A stretch of DNA of 64,000 nt from a candidate division WOR-3 bacterium (lineage in GTDB: Bacteria > Hydrothermota > Hydrothermia > LBFQ01 > DSFT01), in assembly GCA_039802865.1 (NCBI GenBank), contig JBDRXL010000005.1, positions 6,099 to 70,098 of the forward strand, written 5' to 3'. The translations under genes and the position numbers were made by a program. The notes beneath the pieces were generated by a model. It did not search any database. It saw nothing but the letters and a program-made list of their open reading frames with translations, and was not told where the DNA came from. Of the stretch, positions 29,386 to 39,133 are shown piece by piece; the stretch's first letter is position 1; each line of letters opens with the position of its first letter.

Positions 29386-30711
29386 ATGTTTTTGATAATA
29401 TTTTTTCAATTACAAGAAAGTGATTTAGAAGTTGAAGCAGAATTTATATCTGAAATTGATAAAATTCAAAAGCCCCTTTTTAATATAAATGATAGTCTAT
29501 ATAAGTTTCAAAAATTTGATTTAATTTTAAGAAGTTATAGAAATCCAAAAACTGATTTAGAAAGGTTTGTATTAGCGGAGGCTTATTACTATAAGAAGAA
29601 TTATAAAGATGCAGATGTGTTATATTCTGAAATTATAAGAAATTCAAATGATTCTCAATTGGTTGCTTTTTCAAAAAGGGCAAAAGCCTGGATTTTATAT
29701 CATTTTAAGTTATATCAAAATGCTATTGAAAATGCACAAAATGATAGTTTGCTTTTATCATTAAGCTTTATTAAGCTTAAAAATTATGCTAATGCTTATA
29801 ATATATCAAGGAATTTTGAAAATGATACATTTTTATTTATTAGTGGTTTTTCATCCTATTTGCTTAAAAATTATGATTTTGCAATTAGCTCTTTTGAAAA
29901 ATTATATCAAAATTATCCAAATAGCTCTTTTACCCCCTATGGTTTATATAGAATAGGTTTTATATATTTTAATACAGATTTTTATGATAAGGCAGTTAAA
30001 TACTTTTCAGTTTTAATAAAGAACTATCCAAATTTTCCATTTATTAAAAATGCTCTTTATTTAAATGCTTATAGTTATTATAAACTTTCTGATTATGAAC
30101 AAAGCTATGAATACTTGCTTAAACTAATAAAAAATTATCCAAATGATGATATAACAAGAACCGCCAAAAATCTAATTAAGGAAATTTATTTAGCAAGACC
30201 TGAAATTGTTGATAAAAATTCTGAATACTATGACTACTTAAAGGCATATAAGCTTTATAAAGAGAATAAATGTAATAGCGCTATTGAAGTTTATAAAATT
30301 TTCTTAAATTCAAAACAAAAAACAGTTTTATTTTTCTTTAAAACTACAATTGGAGATGCTTTCTTAAATGATACATATTTTGAGATGGGCAACTGTTATA
30401 AAGAAATTAGTGATTATAAATCTGCAATTGATTCTTATAAAAAATGCAAACTTAATGAGTGTAAATATGAATTAGCAATTTCATTATATTTAAATGGAGA
30501 TTATCCATCTGCAATTAGAGAATTTGAAAAATTATTAAAAGATAAAAACTTCATATCAAAAATCCCTGAAATATATTATTATATTGGACTTAGCTATTTA
30601 AAAATGAATAAGAGAAAAGTTTCAGAAGAGTATTTAAACAAAGCAAAAGCCTTATATTTAGAAGCAGGAAATAGTGAAAAAGTAAAAGAGATTGAAAGTT
30701 TATTGAAATGA
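29386..30711 (+). CDS. Tetratricopeptide-repeat protein
   Basis: Multiple TPR-like helices, e.g. A..FEKL..NYPNS, ALYLNAYSYY, IYYYIGLSY. Confidence 0.8.
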   Translation: MFLIIFFQLQESDLEVEAEFISEIDKIQKPLFNINDSLYKFQKFDLILRSYRNPKTDLERFVLAEAYYYKKNYKDADVLYSEIIRNSNDSQLVAFSKRAKAWILYHFKLYQNAIENAQNDSLLLSLSFIKLKNYANAYNISRNFENDTFLFISGFSSYLLKNYDFAISSFEKLYQNYPNSSFTPYGLYRIGFIYFNTDFYDKAVKYFSVLIKNYPNFPFIKNALYLNAYSYYKLSDYEQSYEYLLKLIKNYPNDDITRTAKNLIKEIYLARPEIVDKNSEYYDYLKAYKLYKENKCNSAIEVYKIFLNSKQKTVLFFFKTTIGDAFLNDTYFEMGNCYKEISDYKSAIDSYKKCKLNECKYELAISLYLNGDYPSAIREFEKLLKDKNFISKIPEIYYYIGLSYLKMNKRKVSEEYLNKAKALYLEAGNSEKVKEIESLLK

Positions 30712-30715
30712 TTAA

Positions 30716-31120
30716 GTGATAAGTATTAGTAAAAGAGAAGGATATTCTCCAATTCAAGTAAATCAAACAAATGATAGAGGTTTTTTAATTGTTGGTAATG
30801 GTTCTATTATTAGGTTAGATAAATATGGGAATATAAAATGGAAGAAAGCTACTAATAATATTTCTTCTTATGTTCCTCTTATTCAAACAAATGATAGAGG
30901 TTTTTTAATTTTTGATGATGGCTATGTAATCAAGTTAGACAAGGATGGAGATATTAAATGGAAGAAAATTGTAATAGAAACCGTAAGTAAAATAAGTAGT
31001 ATTAGTGATTTTGCTTCTATGATCCAAACAAATGATGAAGGCCTTTTGATTGTTAAAAATGGTTTTCTCCTTAGGACAAAAAATGGAAAATTAGTAATTA
31101 ATGCTTTAAAATTTTCATAA
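30716..31120 (+). pseudogene. Remnant of a beta-propeller repeat gene (about 2.5 repeats)
   Basis: Three (I/N)QTND(R/E)G(F/L)LI units; 28-bp exact repeat at 30763-30790 and 30883-30910; no signal peptide. Confidence 0.5.
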
Positions 31121-31122
31121 AT

Positions 31123-31644
31123 ATGATTATTTATCCATATAAAGGAAAATATCCAAAAATAAGTCAAACTGCTTTTATTGCTCCAAATGCTGTTATTATT
31201 GGAGATGTTGAAATTGGGGATTATAGTTCTATTTGGTTTTCTTGTGTGATTAGAGGGGATGTTCATTATATTAAAATTGGAAATTATACGAACATTCAAG
31301 ATTTAACGATGATACATGCAGAAAGAAATAAATATCCTACAATTATTGGAAATTATGTTTCAATTGGTCATAGGGCAATTATACATGGTTGTATTATAAA
31401 TGATTATGTTCTAATTGGAATGGGAGCAATTATTTTAAATAATGCATTTATTGATAGTTATACAATTGTTGCTGCTGGCTCTGTTGTAAGGGAAGATTTT
31501 AGAGGGGAAAAGGGGGTTTTAATAGCAGGAGTTCCAGCGGTTATCAAAAGAAAATTAACAGATGAGGAAATTGAACTAATTAAAGATATACCACAAAGAT
31601 ATGTAAATTATTCAAGGGATTATATAAATGAAGGGATTAAATAA
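31123..31644 (+). CDS. Gamma carbonic anhydrase-family hexapeptide-repeat protein
   Basis: AVIIGDVEIG, SIWFSCVIRGD, NIQD..MIH, IGH..IIHGC. Confidence 0.9.
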   Translation: MIIYPYKGKYPKISQTAFIAPNAVIIGDVEIGDYSSIWFSCVIRGDVHYIKIGNYTNIQDLTMIHAERNKYPTIIGNYVSIGHRAIIHGCIINDYVLIGMGAIILNNAFIDSYTIVAAGSVVREDFRGEKGVLIAGVPAVIKRKLTDEEIELIKDIPQRYVNYSRDYINEGIK

Positions 31645-31897
31645 AGCTATTGAAAATTATTTAAAATTATCAGGTCTTGAATGGATATTGGATTATATAG
31701 ATGTTAAAGAAATTGCAGAAAGTGTTTTAAAAAGTTATGATTTTGTTGAATTTGAAGATTTTAAAAATGGTATTCTGTTTTTAAAAGTAAAAGATAAAAG
31801 AAAAATTATGGAATTTCACTATAAAAAATTTGGTATTATAAAAGCAATAAATACCATAGCAAGAAGAGATATTGTAAAAGATATTGTTTTAAAATGA
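31628..31897 (+). CDS. Small hypothetical protein, DciA/DUF721-like
   Basis: 89 aa, FKNGILFLKV...EF.YKK..IIK.IN pattern. Confidence 0.45.
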   Translation: MKGLNKAIENYLKLSGLEWILDYIDVKEIAESVLKSYDFVEFEDFKNGILFLKVKDKRKIMEFHYKKFGIIKAINTIARRDIVKDIVLK

Positions 31898-33417
31898 AAA
31901 AACTTCTTTTTCTTGTTTTTTTTATATCTTGCCAACAACCCTTTATATTTAGAAAAAAACCCATTCTTATTGATACAACGGGAACTGTTTTAAATGTTGA
32001 GCCAATTGTAAGGGTAAAAATAGCTCAAGCGGATAGTTTTAATTTGGAATTTTCAGATAGTTTTTATATTATTAAACAAGATACAATTTTAAAGGGATTT
32101 AAAGGAAGTTTATTGTTAAAGTTTTTTGAAGGAAAATCTGCCAAATTAAAATATTATAAAATCCTTGGAAGATATAATAATGTTCCAGATGCTATTTTAG
32201 AAATAGCTTCACTTTCAAAATCAAAACTGAATTTTGAAATTAAGACAATTGGTATAAAACTTTCAAATGTTGATACAAGGGAATTTTTATTATTAGAAGG
32301 ACCATATGAAAAAATTGATAGTTTTATAGAAGGCAAAATTTTAGCTTTATTAGATAAAAGACAAATAGGCAAGATTTTTATTAAATATAATAATTTTGAA
32401 AAAGTTTTAGAAATACCTTTTGAAATTCATTCAAAATCACCTATCACAATAAAAAATTTCCTTTTAGATGATGGACTAAACCCACCAACTATTACAACAA
32501 GAAGTTATGAAGGTTATTTTGAAGTTTGGACTGATATTAATGGTAATCAAGTTTTAATAATAAATGTTATAAATTTTGAAAATTATATTAAGGGAATTTT
32601 GCCTTATGAAATGTCAAATAATTTTCCACTTGAAGCATTAAGAGCACAAGCAATTTTAGCAAGAAGTCATGCTTTAAGTGTTTATAGAAAAAAATTAATG
32701 TTATTATATCAACCCTATGATTTAACATCAGATGTATATACACAAGTTTATGGTGGAACGAAGGATGTAAATGATAATGTAAAATTAGCAGTAGATTTAA
32801 CAAGAGGTTTATTTTTAACATTTAATAATAATATTGTTTATGCATTGTTTCATTCAAGTTGTGGGGGAATTTTAGATGATGGGAACTTGTGGAATAAACC
32901 TTTGGATTATTACTTTTCAAGGCTTGACAATGATGAAAATAAATTTTTAGATTTAACAAATGATAGTTTGGTTAAAAAGTTTGTAGATAATGATAAATTA
33001 AATGTTTATTGTAATAATAAAAGCTTTATTGGAGCAAAAGAAGCCTTTAGATGGAAACAAGTTTTTAAAATATCTGAACTTGAAAAGAAATTAAATAGAA
33101 AAATAGTTGGTTTTGAGGTATTAGAAAGAACAAAAGCAGGAAGAATTAAAAGTTTAAAAATAAAATTTGAAGATGGTGATAGTGTAATTAATGGGGAGTT
33201 GAATATAAGGAAATTCTTTTATAAAAATGGCTATTTAAGAAGTGCTTTATTTTATTATGAAATTAAGGGTGATAGTTTGATTATAAAAGGAGCGGGATTT
33301 GGTCATGGAATTGGACTTTGCCAATATGGAGCAGGAGAAAGAGCATTAAAAGGTCAATATTATTATCAGATTATAAATGCTTATCTAAATGGTGTTGAAA
33401 TTAAGAGATTATATTAA
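31894..33417 (+). CDS. SpoIID/LytB-domain lipoprotein
   Basis: Lipobox-like FISC, YIKGILPYEM, EALRAQAILARS, QVYGG, FHSSCGG, GFGHGIGLCQYGA. Confidence 0.88.
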   Translation: MKKLLFLVFFISCQQPFIFRKKPILIDTTGTVLNVEPIVRVKIAQADSFNLEFSDSFYIIKQDTILKGFKGSLLLKFFEGKSAKLKYYKILGRYNNVPDAILEIASLSKSKLNFEIKTIGIKLSNVDTREFLLLEGPYEKIDSFIEGKILALLDKRQIGKIFIKYNNFEKVLEIPFEIHSKSPITIKNFLLDDGLNPPTITTRSYEGYFEVWTDINGNQVLIINVINFENYIKGILPYEMSNNFPLEALRAQAILARSHALSVYRKKLMLLYQPYDLTSDVYTQVYGGTKDVNDNVKLAVDLTRGLFLTFNNNIVYALFHSSCGGILDDGNLWNKPLDYYFSRLDNDENKFLDLTNDSLVKKFVDNDKLNVYCNNKSFIGAKEAFRWKQVFKISELEKKLNRKIVGFEVLERTKAGRIKSLKIKFEDGDSVINGELNIRKFFYKNGYLRSALFYYEIKGDSLIIKGAGFGHGIGLCQYGAGERALKGQYYYQIINAYLNGVEIKRLY

Positions 33418-33436
33418 GGTCCTTTAAAATATGAAT

Positions 33437-35347
33437 ATGAACGACAGAACCATAGTTGTAGCAGGACATGTAGGAAGTGGAAAGACTACTTTAATTGCCC
33501 AAATTTTAAAAATTACAAATACTATACAAAAGGTAGAAAAAAGCTTGCTTGATTATGACCCTATTGAACAATCTAAAAATATGACTATAAACTTAAAAGC
33601 TTTCAGAACAAAGTATAAAGAATATGACTTTCAATTTATAGATACACCAGGATTTATTGAGTTTGAAGGTGAGCTTATGAGTGCGGTAAGAGTTGCTGAT
33701 AATATGTTAATTGTTGTAGATATTTCAATGGGAATAGAAGTCGGTATTGAAAGGGCATTTGAAGAAGCAAAAAAGTATAATATTCCTATATTTTTTGCAA
33801 TAAATAAGTGTAAAAGTTATGAAAAGGACCCACAAGAGATTTTAAATTTATTAAAAAGCAAATTTTCAAAACAAGTTCATCCTGTCCAAATACCAATTGG
33901 AATAGGTAGTAATTTTAATGGAGTTTTTGATATAATAAATGGAGATTATAATTTGCTTGATGAAAATCTAAAAAAACAAGCTACGGAAAAATATGAGGAA
34001 TTTATAGAAGCGGTAGTTGAAACAGATGATGAATTGCTTGAAAAATATATTCAAGGTGAAGAGATTAGCAAGGAGAAAATTCATGATATTTTTAGAAAAG
34101 CAGTAGATAATAGTTTGTTTTATCCTGTTTTATACATAGATGCATTAAGTGGAGTTGGGGTTAATGAATTATTAGATTTTATTGGAGAATATGGAATTTC
34201 ATTTAAAGAGAGATATGATGATAAGCCTTTTAGCTCATTATTGATATTTAAAACATATTCAGAAGCTCATCTTGGAGAAATGTATCTTTTTAGAGTTTAT
34301 TCAGGAAAAATTACAACTGGTATGGAATTAAAAAATAGTAGAACAGGTACAATTGAAAAAATATCACATATATTTATTCCTTTTGGAAAGGAAAGAAAGG
34401 AGATAAATGAGTTAAAAATGGGAGAAATTGGACTTGTCTTAAAACTTAAAGATAGCAAAACAGGTGATACCCTTTCAAATGATAATATAACTTATGATTG
34501 GATAGAATATCCAGAACCATTATATGTAATAGGAATAAAGCCAAAAACTAAAAAGGATGAAGAAAAACTTTCAGAATCATTACAAAAAATTATGGCAGAA
34601 GACCCAACTTTTACATTTAAATATGACCCAAGTTTAAAACAAACATTATTTTATAGTCAGGGTGAAGTTCATACAAATATCATCTTAGAGAAATTAAAAC
34701 AAAGATTTTCAGTTGAAGTTGAAAAGGAAAAAGCAAAAGTTCCATATAGAGAAACAATTAGAAAGCCAGCAGAAGGACTTGGAAAATACATTAAGCAAAC
34801 AGGCGGTAGAGGTCAATATGGTGTTGCCAATATAAGAATTGAGCCACTTCCAAGGGGTGCAGGTTATGAATGGGTAGATAAAATTTTTGGAGGTGCAATA
34901 CCAAAGGAATATAGACCCTATGTTGAGCAAGGGGTTAAAAAGGCTATGGAAGAAGGATTTGTTCTTGGTTATCCAATTATAGATGTAAGAGTCATATTAT
35001 TTGATGGAAAATATCATGAAGTTGATTCTTCTAACTTAGCTTTTGAAATAGCAGGAAGTTTAGCTTTTAAAGATGCAGTAAGCAAAGCAGAACCATATAT
35101 GCTTGAACCTATTTATAATGTTGAGATTTATTCACCAGAAGAATATATAAGTGATGTAATATCTGAAATAAATACAAGAAGAGGTAAAATTATGAGTATT
35201 GAAAGTAATAAAATTAGTGCTCAAATACCACTTGCAGAACTATACGATTTCTTACCAGCTCTTAGGGCAAAAACAAAGGGAAGAGGGAGATTTAAGATGG
35301 AATTTTCACATTATCAGGAGGTTCCTATAAATTTAGTAAAGCAGTGA
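33437..35347 (+). CDS. Elongation factor G paralog (EF-G2-like)
   Basis: GHVGSGKTT, DTPG, INK, EDPT, VPYRETI, KQTGGRGQYG, HEVDSS, LEPIY; degenerate switch I. The second ATG fits the -10 spacing. Confidence 0.85.
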   Translation: MNDRTIVVAGHVGSGKTTLIAQILKITNTIQKVEKSLLDYDPIEQSKNMTINLKAFRTKYKEYDFQFIDTPGFIEFEGELMSAVRVADNMLIVVDISMGIEVGIERAFEEAKKYNIPIFFAINKCKSYEKDPQEILNLLKSKFSKQVHPVQIPIGIGSNFNGVFDIINGDYNLLDENLKKQATEKYEEFIEAVVETDDELLEKYIQGEEISKEKIHDIFRKAVDNSLFYPVLYIDALSGVGVNELLDFIGEYGISFKERYDDKPFSSLLIFKTYSEAHLGEMYLFRVYSGKITTGMELKNSRTGTIEKISHIFIPFGKERKEINELKMGEIGLVLKLKDSKTGDTLSNDNITYDWIEYPEPLYVIGIKPKTKKDEEKLSESLQKIMAEDPTFTFKYDPSLKQTLFYSQGEVHTNIILEKLKQRFSVEVEKEKAKVPYRETIRKPAEGLGKYIKQTGGRGQYGVANIRIEPLPRGAGYEWVDKIFGGAIPKEYRPYVEQGVKKAMEEGFVLGYPIIDVRVILFDGKYHEVDSSNLAFEIAGSLAFKDAVSKAEPYMLEPIYNVEIYSPEEYISDVISEINTRRGKIMSIESNKISAQIPLAELYDFLPALRAKTKGRGRFKMEFSHYQEVPINLVKQ

Positions 35348-36168
35348 AATTTCTAATTACAGGGGCTGGTGGATTACTTGGTTCTGAATTTAATAAAGTT
35401 GTTGTAGAGGAAAAATTAGCTTTAAAAAGAACTGATTTAGATATTACAAATTTTGAAGATGTTTATAAAATTGTAAAAAATTATAAACCAGATGTAATTA
35501 TAAATTGCTCCGCTTTGTCTAATGTAGATTATTGTGAGGAGCATTTTGATGAGGCAATAAATGTAAATGCAAAAGGAGTAGAAAATCTTTTAATTTCAGC
35601 TATTGAAAATAAATGTTTTTTAGTTCATTTTAGCACAGATTATGTATTTGATGGAAATAAAAACTCACCATATACAATTTATGATATTCCAAATCCTATA
35701 AATAACTATGGAAAAAGTAAGCTTATGGGTGAAGAAATTGTCAAAAATAGTAAATATGAAAATGTTTTGATAATTAGAACAAGTTGGCTTTTTGGAATTG
35801 GAAAAAGCTCATTTGTTAGTAAAATTTTAAATATGATAAATAATGAAGTAATTTATATGACGGAACAGATTTCAAATCCTACATATTCAAAAGATTTAGC
35901 AATAAGAGTTTATAAAATGATAAAACAAGGCTATAAAGGATTGTTTCATTTAACTGGGGCTTTAAGTGTATCAAGATATGAATTAGCAAAATATATTTTA
36001 GATATTGTTGGTTATAAAGGGAAAATAATAAAAGTAGAGAATTTTCCATCTATTGCAAAAAGACCAAGATATTCAAGCTTAGATAACTACCCCCTTGAAC
36101 CTTTAAGAGATTATAAAGTAGCAATTAAGGAATTTTTAAAGGAGTTTTATAATTTTAGAACTTTATGA
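35344..36168 (+). CDS. rfbD: dTDP-4-dehydrorhamnose reductase
   Basis: ITGAGGLLG, FSTDYVFDG, YGKSK, RTSWLFG, RPRYSSLD. Confidence 0.92.
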   Translation: MKFLITGAGGLLGSEFNKVVVEEKLALKRTDLDITNFEDVYKIVKNYKPDVIINCSALSNVDYCEEHFDEAINVNAKGVENLLISAIENKCFLVHFSTDYVFDGNKNSPYTIYDIPNPINNYGKSKLMGEEIVKNSKYENVLIIRTSWLFGIGKSSFVSKILNMINNEVIYMTEQISNPTYSKDLAIRVYKMIKQGYKGLFHLTGALSVSRYELAKYILDIVGYKGKIIKVENFPSIAKRPRYSSLDNYPLEPLRDYKVAIKEFLKEFYNFRTL

Positions 36169-36174
36169 ATAAGC
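36146..36174 (+). repeat. 29-bp perfect direct repeat, left copy
   Basis: tttataattttagaactttatgaataagc is identical to 38325-38353. Confidence 0.92.
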
Positions 36175-37583
36175 AAAGAGAATTTGGGATTCATCTTACT
36201 TCTACTGATATTTTTAGGGAATATATTTTGCCTGAAATTAAGGACGTGCTTTATAAATATACCTGGATAGATTTATTTGCTGGCGAAGGAAATTTAATCC
36301 TACCAATATTAGAGTTAATACCTAAGGATGAAAGAGTAAGCTTCTTTAAAGAGCATATTTTACTTTTTGATATTCAGCTGTAAATGGTTGAAAAGAGCAT
36401 TATAAATGCTATGAGCTATGGGATTCCTTATGAAATAGCTATGAAAAACATAAAAGTAAAAGATACATTATCTGATTATCCAGATTTAAGTTATCTTAAA
36501 TATCCACCATATCATATAACAAATCCACCTTATCTTTATGTGGGTTATATTTCAAAAAATTCTAAAAGAAATCTAAAGTATTTTTCTGGGTTAAATGAGG
36601 GTTATCAAGACCTATATCAGATTGCTTTAATGAATGATTTAAGGCATAACTTGGAAAGAATGATATATATTATTCCTACAAATTTCTTATTTGGTTTTTC
36701 CGTATCTAACAAAATTAGAAGAGATTTTCTTGAATTTTATAATATAAAAAAGGCAATTATTTTTGAAAGAAAAATTTTTGATTTTACTGGAACAAATGTT
36801 TGTATATGCTTTTTTGAAAGAAAACCTAAACCTTCAAGAGAACCAATTTCATTTAATGCTTTAAAAATAAATAGTAAAATTTTTGATAAAAAATATACCT
36901 TATATCCTGAAAATTCTTATAGAGCTGGAAGTGAATTTGAAGAATTTGTATCCCATTTCAAATCCAATTCACCTTTAAAAGTAAAGTTTTATTTAACCAT
37001 AGATGAGGTTGAAAAAAATCAGGGTAATAAGGAGGTTAAACTTTTAGATGCAAATAGCTTTCATAATGGTCGTTATCATATTATAAAGTGTTGTGTTAAT
37101 GAAAAGTTATATGAAAAATTGCAAAAAAATCCTTTATTTATAAGAACTTTGGATACAGGAAGTTGGAATGGAAGAGTGGGAATATATAATATTAAAGAGG
37201 TTTTTAATACTGATGGAATAGTGGTAACAAAAGAAAAATATCGCACTCATCCTATCCAAATTTTTATATCACCACAACTTTCATATGATGACTTGGACTT
37301 ATTGAAAAAATACTTCAATACAATGTTGGAATATTTTAGAAAAATAACTGATAGTGAGTTTTTAACAACTTTCAAGTATTCAGATTGTGATTATGTTAGG
37401 AAATACTTAGGATTATCACAGGCAGGAAAGTTAATAGAAACTTTTCCTATTCATTTAATGTCCTCTCAAAAAAAGCAAATGTTGAGAACTTTGTTGGAAA
37501 AGGGAGATATAGAAGGTATAAAGAATATTTTATTTGATTTCAAACATAAAAAACAAATTACCCTTTTTCAGGATTATGAATAA
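36165..37583 (+). pseudogene. N6-adenine DNA methyltransferase interrupted by one in-frame TAA
   Basis: 36165-36383 (DLFAGEGN, FDI) and 36384-37583 (TNPPY) are in the same frame, junction CTG TAA ATG. Confidence 0.82.
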
Positions 37584-38331
37584 ATGGATTGAAAAAAGTA
37601 TAAAATTGGCAAAAAGTGAGTTCTATCTGGATAAATTATTAGAGATATATCCACCAGAGGAAATTAGTAGAGAAAAACAAGTAGAGAGAGAATCTCCAAT
37701 TTTAAAAAGGCTCTTTCAAGAAAAGAATTGTAAAAAACTTCTTAGAGAACTTATACGCCTAAAGAAAATAGGGTTTAAATTTCCCATTGAAAATCCATAT
37801 ATTAGTTTTCTAAGTTATTATGAAGATGCTATTGACAAGAATCCAGAAACTATTAAGAAAATTTGTGAAAAGCTTTTTGAAATGAGTTATGATGAACTAA
37901 AAGATAGGTTGGAAGCACCAAAAAAGGCAAGTAGAAGAACTGGGCCAATGTTTAAATTGTGGCTTAGAAGTAAATTTAATTTTATAGATGTTAATGAATT
38001 TAGGAGAGCAAAGGGTATAGTTTTTCTAAATGGTGGAGATAAATTTTTAAAAGAATATGCAAAAAGTGAGTTAAAATGTAAATTCAAAGAATTAAGTAAA
38101 GGGTTGGACTTTATAGCAAGGGTTAAAAATAAGTATATAATTGGAACTGCAAAATTTATAACCGACATAGGTGGTTCTCAATCTAACCAATTTATTGAAG
38201 CATTAAGCTTAATAAAGGAAACGAAATGCTCTGAAAATATTATAAAAATTGCTATTATTGATGGTGCTCCTTGGTTAAATGAAAAAGAAAAAAATGAATT
38301 TTGTTTTAGTGCCTTAAACTATCCTTTATAA
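37576..38331 (+). CDS. Putative type II restriction endonuclease
   Basis: Coupled to the MTase stop; KGLDFIAR..YIIGTAKFITD.GGSQ, IAIIDG. Confidence 0.65.
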   Translation: MNKWIEKSIKLAKSEFYLDKLLEIYPPEEISREKQVERESPILKRLFQEKNCKKLLRELIRLKKIGFKFPIENPYISFLSYYEDAIDKNPETIKKICEKLFEMSYDELKDRLEAPKKASRRTGPMFKLWLRSKFNFIDVNEFRRAKGIVFLNGGDKFLKEYAKSELKCKFKELSKGLDFIARVKNKYIIGTAKFITDIGGSQSNQFIEALSLIKETKCSENIIKIAIIDGAPWLNEKEKNEFCFSALNYPL

Positions 38332-38353
38332 TTTTAGAACTTTATGAATAAGC
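38325..38353 (+). repeat. 29-bp perfect direct repeat, right copy (-10 box and first codons of the mutase subunit)
   Basis: Identical to 36146-36174. Confidence 0.92.
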
Positions 38354-38760
38354 CAATTAAGGTGTTGATTGGAAAGGTTGGTTTAGATGGTCATGATAGA
38401 GGAGCAAAAGTTTTGGCAAGGGCTTTAAGAGATGCAGGAATGGAAGTTGTATATAGTGGTCTTCATAGAACTGCAGAAGAAATTGTTCAGATGGCAATTG
38501 ATGAAGACGTTGATGTAATTGGTATATCTATATTATCAGGAGCTCATATGACGTATTTTCCAAAAATTCTAAAACTTATGAAAGAAAATGGTCTTGAAGA
38601 TGTTCTTTTAATTGGAGGAGGAATTATTCCAGAAGAAGATGCAAGAGAATTAGAAAATATGGGTGTTAATAAAATTTTTGGACCCGGAACTCCACTTGAA
38701 GAAATTATAAGTTATATTAAGAATTGGTATGAAAAGAAGAAATTAACAATTGTTAGATAA
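38344..38760 (+). CDS. Cobalamin-binding subunit of a methylmalonyl-CoA mutase-type enzyme
   Basis: [10 protein letters not shown] (DxHxxG), [20 protein letters not shown]. Confidence 0.92.
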   Translation: MNKPIKVLIGKVGLDGHDRGAKVLARALRDAGMEVVYSGLHRTAEEIVQMAIDEDVDVIGISILSGAHMTYFPKILKLMKENGLEDVLLIGGGIIPEEDARELENMGVNKIFGPGTPLEEIISYIKNWYEKKKLTIVR

Positions 38761-39133
38761 AGCATTAAATTATATAAAGTTTTCATACGCTCCATATTCT
38801 AAATTCAAAGTTGCTTGCATTTTAATTGCATCAAATGGAATTGAAGAAAAAGAATTTTATGGAGTAAATGTTGAAAATGCATCTTATGGACTTACAATAT
38901 GTGCTGAAAGAGTTGCTATATTTAAAGCAATTTCAGAAGGTTATAACAAATTATTAAAAATGTATCTTGTAGCAGTTGATGAAAATAACAATGAAGTTTT
39001 AAATATTATGCCTTGTGGGGCTTGTAGGCAAGTCATATTTGAATTTTCGGATAGTCTAAAAATAATTACAAGGAGTGGTGAATTTGATATTAAGGAATTA
39101 TTACCTTTTGGCTTTAAAATTTTAAACCTTTGA
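38750..39133 (+). CDS. cdd: Cytidine deaminase
   Basis: [28 protein letters not shown]. Confidence 0.92.
   Translation: MLDKALNYIKFSYAPYSKFKVACILIASNGIEEKEFYGVNVENASYGLTICAERVAIFKAISEGYNKLLKMYLVAVDENNNEVLNIMPCGACRQVIFEFSDSLKIITRSGEFDIKELLPFGFKILNL

Noticed and set aside
28620-29390. Possible target duplication around the coiled-coil nuclease gene
   Set aside because: Shared sequence is limited to the generic ttaaaatt..ctatg promoter pattern; the codons after ATG differ.
36381-36383. In-frame TAA as evidence for a recoded genetic code
   Set aside because: TAA, TAG and TGA all terminate well-conserved genes at the expected positions elsewhere in the window.
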